Positions 45,667 to 46,745 of a DNA stretch of 46,745 nt are shown one piece after another. Origin of the DNA: a bacterium (lineage in GTDB: Bacteria; BMS3Abin14); the NCBI GenBank assembly GCA_041559575.1, contig JBFFDD010000001.1, positions 1 to 46,745 of the forward strand. Reading direction: 5' to 3'. Both the position numbers and the translations under genes were made by a program. Within the stretch, counting starts at the first letter, position 1. Each line of letters begins with the position of its first letter. The notes under the pieces were generated by a model that saw only the letters and a program-made list of their open reading frames with translations, did no database searches and had not been told where the DNA came from.

Positions 45667-45892
45667 AGGGTTCTCCCCTTTACGGGTTTCCAGTTCAAGG
45701 TTTTCAGTTTACAGTTGAAAATCGATGGCGCTTTGAGCGGGAATTGATGATTCTGGAAGAGAACCGTTCCGTGCGCCATGTTTATGTCCTGTGGTCCAGG
45801 CTCCAGGATTAAATTCAAAAATATTATCTGGTTAGGCCTCCTGAGTGCTCCTTATCCTCTCACCGACACCCCGATACGCCGCTTCTCCGATA

Positions 45893-46745
45893 CTAAATGT
45901 CTCCTGGTGCTTTTCCGGTGAGATTCGCTGTGATCACGTGGGCCAGCTCCAGCGCCCTTTTACCGTCCTCTCCGGTGACCATAGGGGGTGTTCCGGACCT
46001 CACGCAATCGACAAAGGACCGTATCTCCGAGAAAAGTGCGTCCCCGCTCTCAAATGTCTTTTCCTCCATGGAAATGTTAGGAAGGCCGGGAACAGCGGCA
46101 CCCCCGCCGCCCTGCTGAAAAATGGAGATCTTGCGTGTCTGGTAGTCGATGGTGATGTAGGAGTCGGGCTGAAATATCCTGATCTTCCTCAGGGTCTCAC
46201 GGCTGACCCGGCTGGCGGTGACGTTGGCGACACAGCCGTTCTCAAAACGCAGCCGGGCGTTAGCGATGTCGACCTCGTCGGAGAGCACCGGAACCCCCAC
46301 CGAATCCACTGAGGATATCACAGACGGAACGATGCTCAGGATGATATCGATATCGTGGATCATCAGGTCCAGGACAACGTTGACGTCGGTCCCTCTCGGC
46401 CGGAAGGGCGCCAGTCGGTGGGATTCTACGAACATGGGGTTTTGGAGCACCCCCTCCAACGCCAACACGGCCTCGTTAAAGCGCTCAAGGTGGCCGACCT
46501 GAAAGACAAGGCTGCGCCGCCGGGCCTCCTTGATGAGGGACTCCGCCTCGGCAACCGTTTCGGTGACCGGTTTCTCCACCAGGATATGAACGCCTGACTC
46601 CAGACAGGACCTGGCCACATCATAGTGAAGGGTCGTCGGCACGGCAATGGAGACGAGGTCAACCTGAGGCAGGAGAGACCGTTAGTCGGAAAAGGGGGAC
46701 GTGCCCAGTTCACCGGCCACCTCCTCCGCCCTCCTCAGGTCGCTG
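45893..46745 (-). CDS. Gfo/Idh/MocA-family oxidoreductase (GnnA-like). The 5' end is outside the window and the frame is interrupted by an in-frame TAA at 46682-46684.
   Basis: Homology runs through the stop: ..AEEVAGELGTSPFSD-TAA-RSLLPQVDLVSIAVPTTLHYDVARSCLESGVHILVEKPV.. The ORF track starts only at 46642. Confidence 0.75.

Noticed and set aside
46682-46684. Alternative genetic code or programmed readthrough as the explanation for the in-frame TAA.
   Set aside because: TAA clearly terminates several well-defined genes in this window. A point mutation or sequencing error at a Tyr codon is the simpler explanation.
1-46745. A search for tRNA, rRNA, tmRNA, transposase, integrase or phage genes.
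   Set aside because: I saw no cloverleaf-like conserved tRNA arms (T-loop GGTTCGAATCC-type sequence outside coding regions), no rRNA signatures and no mobile-element ORFs. The single ggttcgaac match at about 30375 lies inside the OmpA-like coding sequence.

Overview
A 46.7 kb chromosomal segment from a GC-rich, diderm (Gram-negative-type), probably anaerobic bacterium. Gene content looks Desulfobacterota-like, but I cannot assign taxonomy from sequence alone. I found no rRNA, tRNA, CRISPR array, transposase or integrase.

Gene content, left to right:
- 1-1360: the 3' part of a Cys-type arylsulfatase gene.
- 1.6-6.7 kb: small envelope and exported proteins, a beta-barrel outer membrane protein, a small-ORF plus nucleotidyltransferase pair, a polytopic membrane protein and a His/Met-rich periplasmic protein.
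- 7-18 kb: signalling and envelope-redox genes. These are a PAS-GGDEF cyclase, a C_GCAxxG_C_C protein, an NRDE protein, a PH/zinc-ribbon membrane protein, a YfbK-like VWA protein, an ECF sigma with its anti-sigma, a DsbC-like protein, a DsbA-like protein and a receiver-PilZ regulator.
- 18-28 kb: a housekeeping lipid block, yceD-rpmF-plsX-fabH-[acyl-CoA dehydrogenase-etfB-etfA]-fabD-fabG-acpP-fabF.
- 28-33 kb: HAD hydrolase, M50 protease, OmpA-like lipoprotein, MBL hydrolase, Mut7-C and DUF2905.
- 33-46.7 kb: lysS, then an outer-membrane and lipid A block, lolC-lolD-bamA-skp-lpxD-fabZ-lpxA-lpxI-lpxA2. It converges on a minus-strand operon: oxidoreductase, aminotransferase, lpxB.

Main observations:
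1. A DsbA-family gene has an in-frame TGA exactly at the first redox Cys (U-P-Y-C), followed by SECIS-like hairpins. It is a predicted selenoprotein that the ORF track splits in two.
2. Almost every intergenic spacer is AT-rich and built from degenerate tandem heptanucleotide repeats. These often sit as two complementary arms that could fold into long imperfect hairpins. This resembles cyanobacterial STRR repeats but occurs in a non-cyanobacterial gene context.
3. A 23-nt REP-like element follows three consecutive genes.
4. A Bcd/EtfBA module of electron-bifurcating type, with a ferredoxin domain on EtfA, is inserted inside the fab operon.
5. Two lpxA paralogs flank lpxI, next to a GnnA/GnnB-like pair. 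This suggests a GlcN3N-type lipid A.
6. Two conserved genes appear disrupted: a frameshift in the receiver-PilZ regulator and an in-frame TAA in the GnnA-like oxidoreductase.
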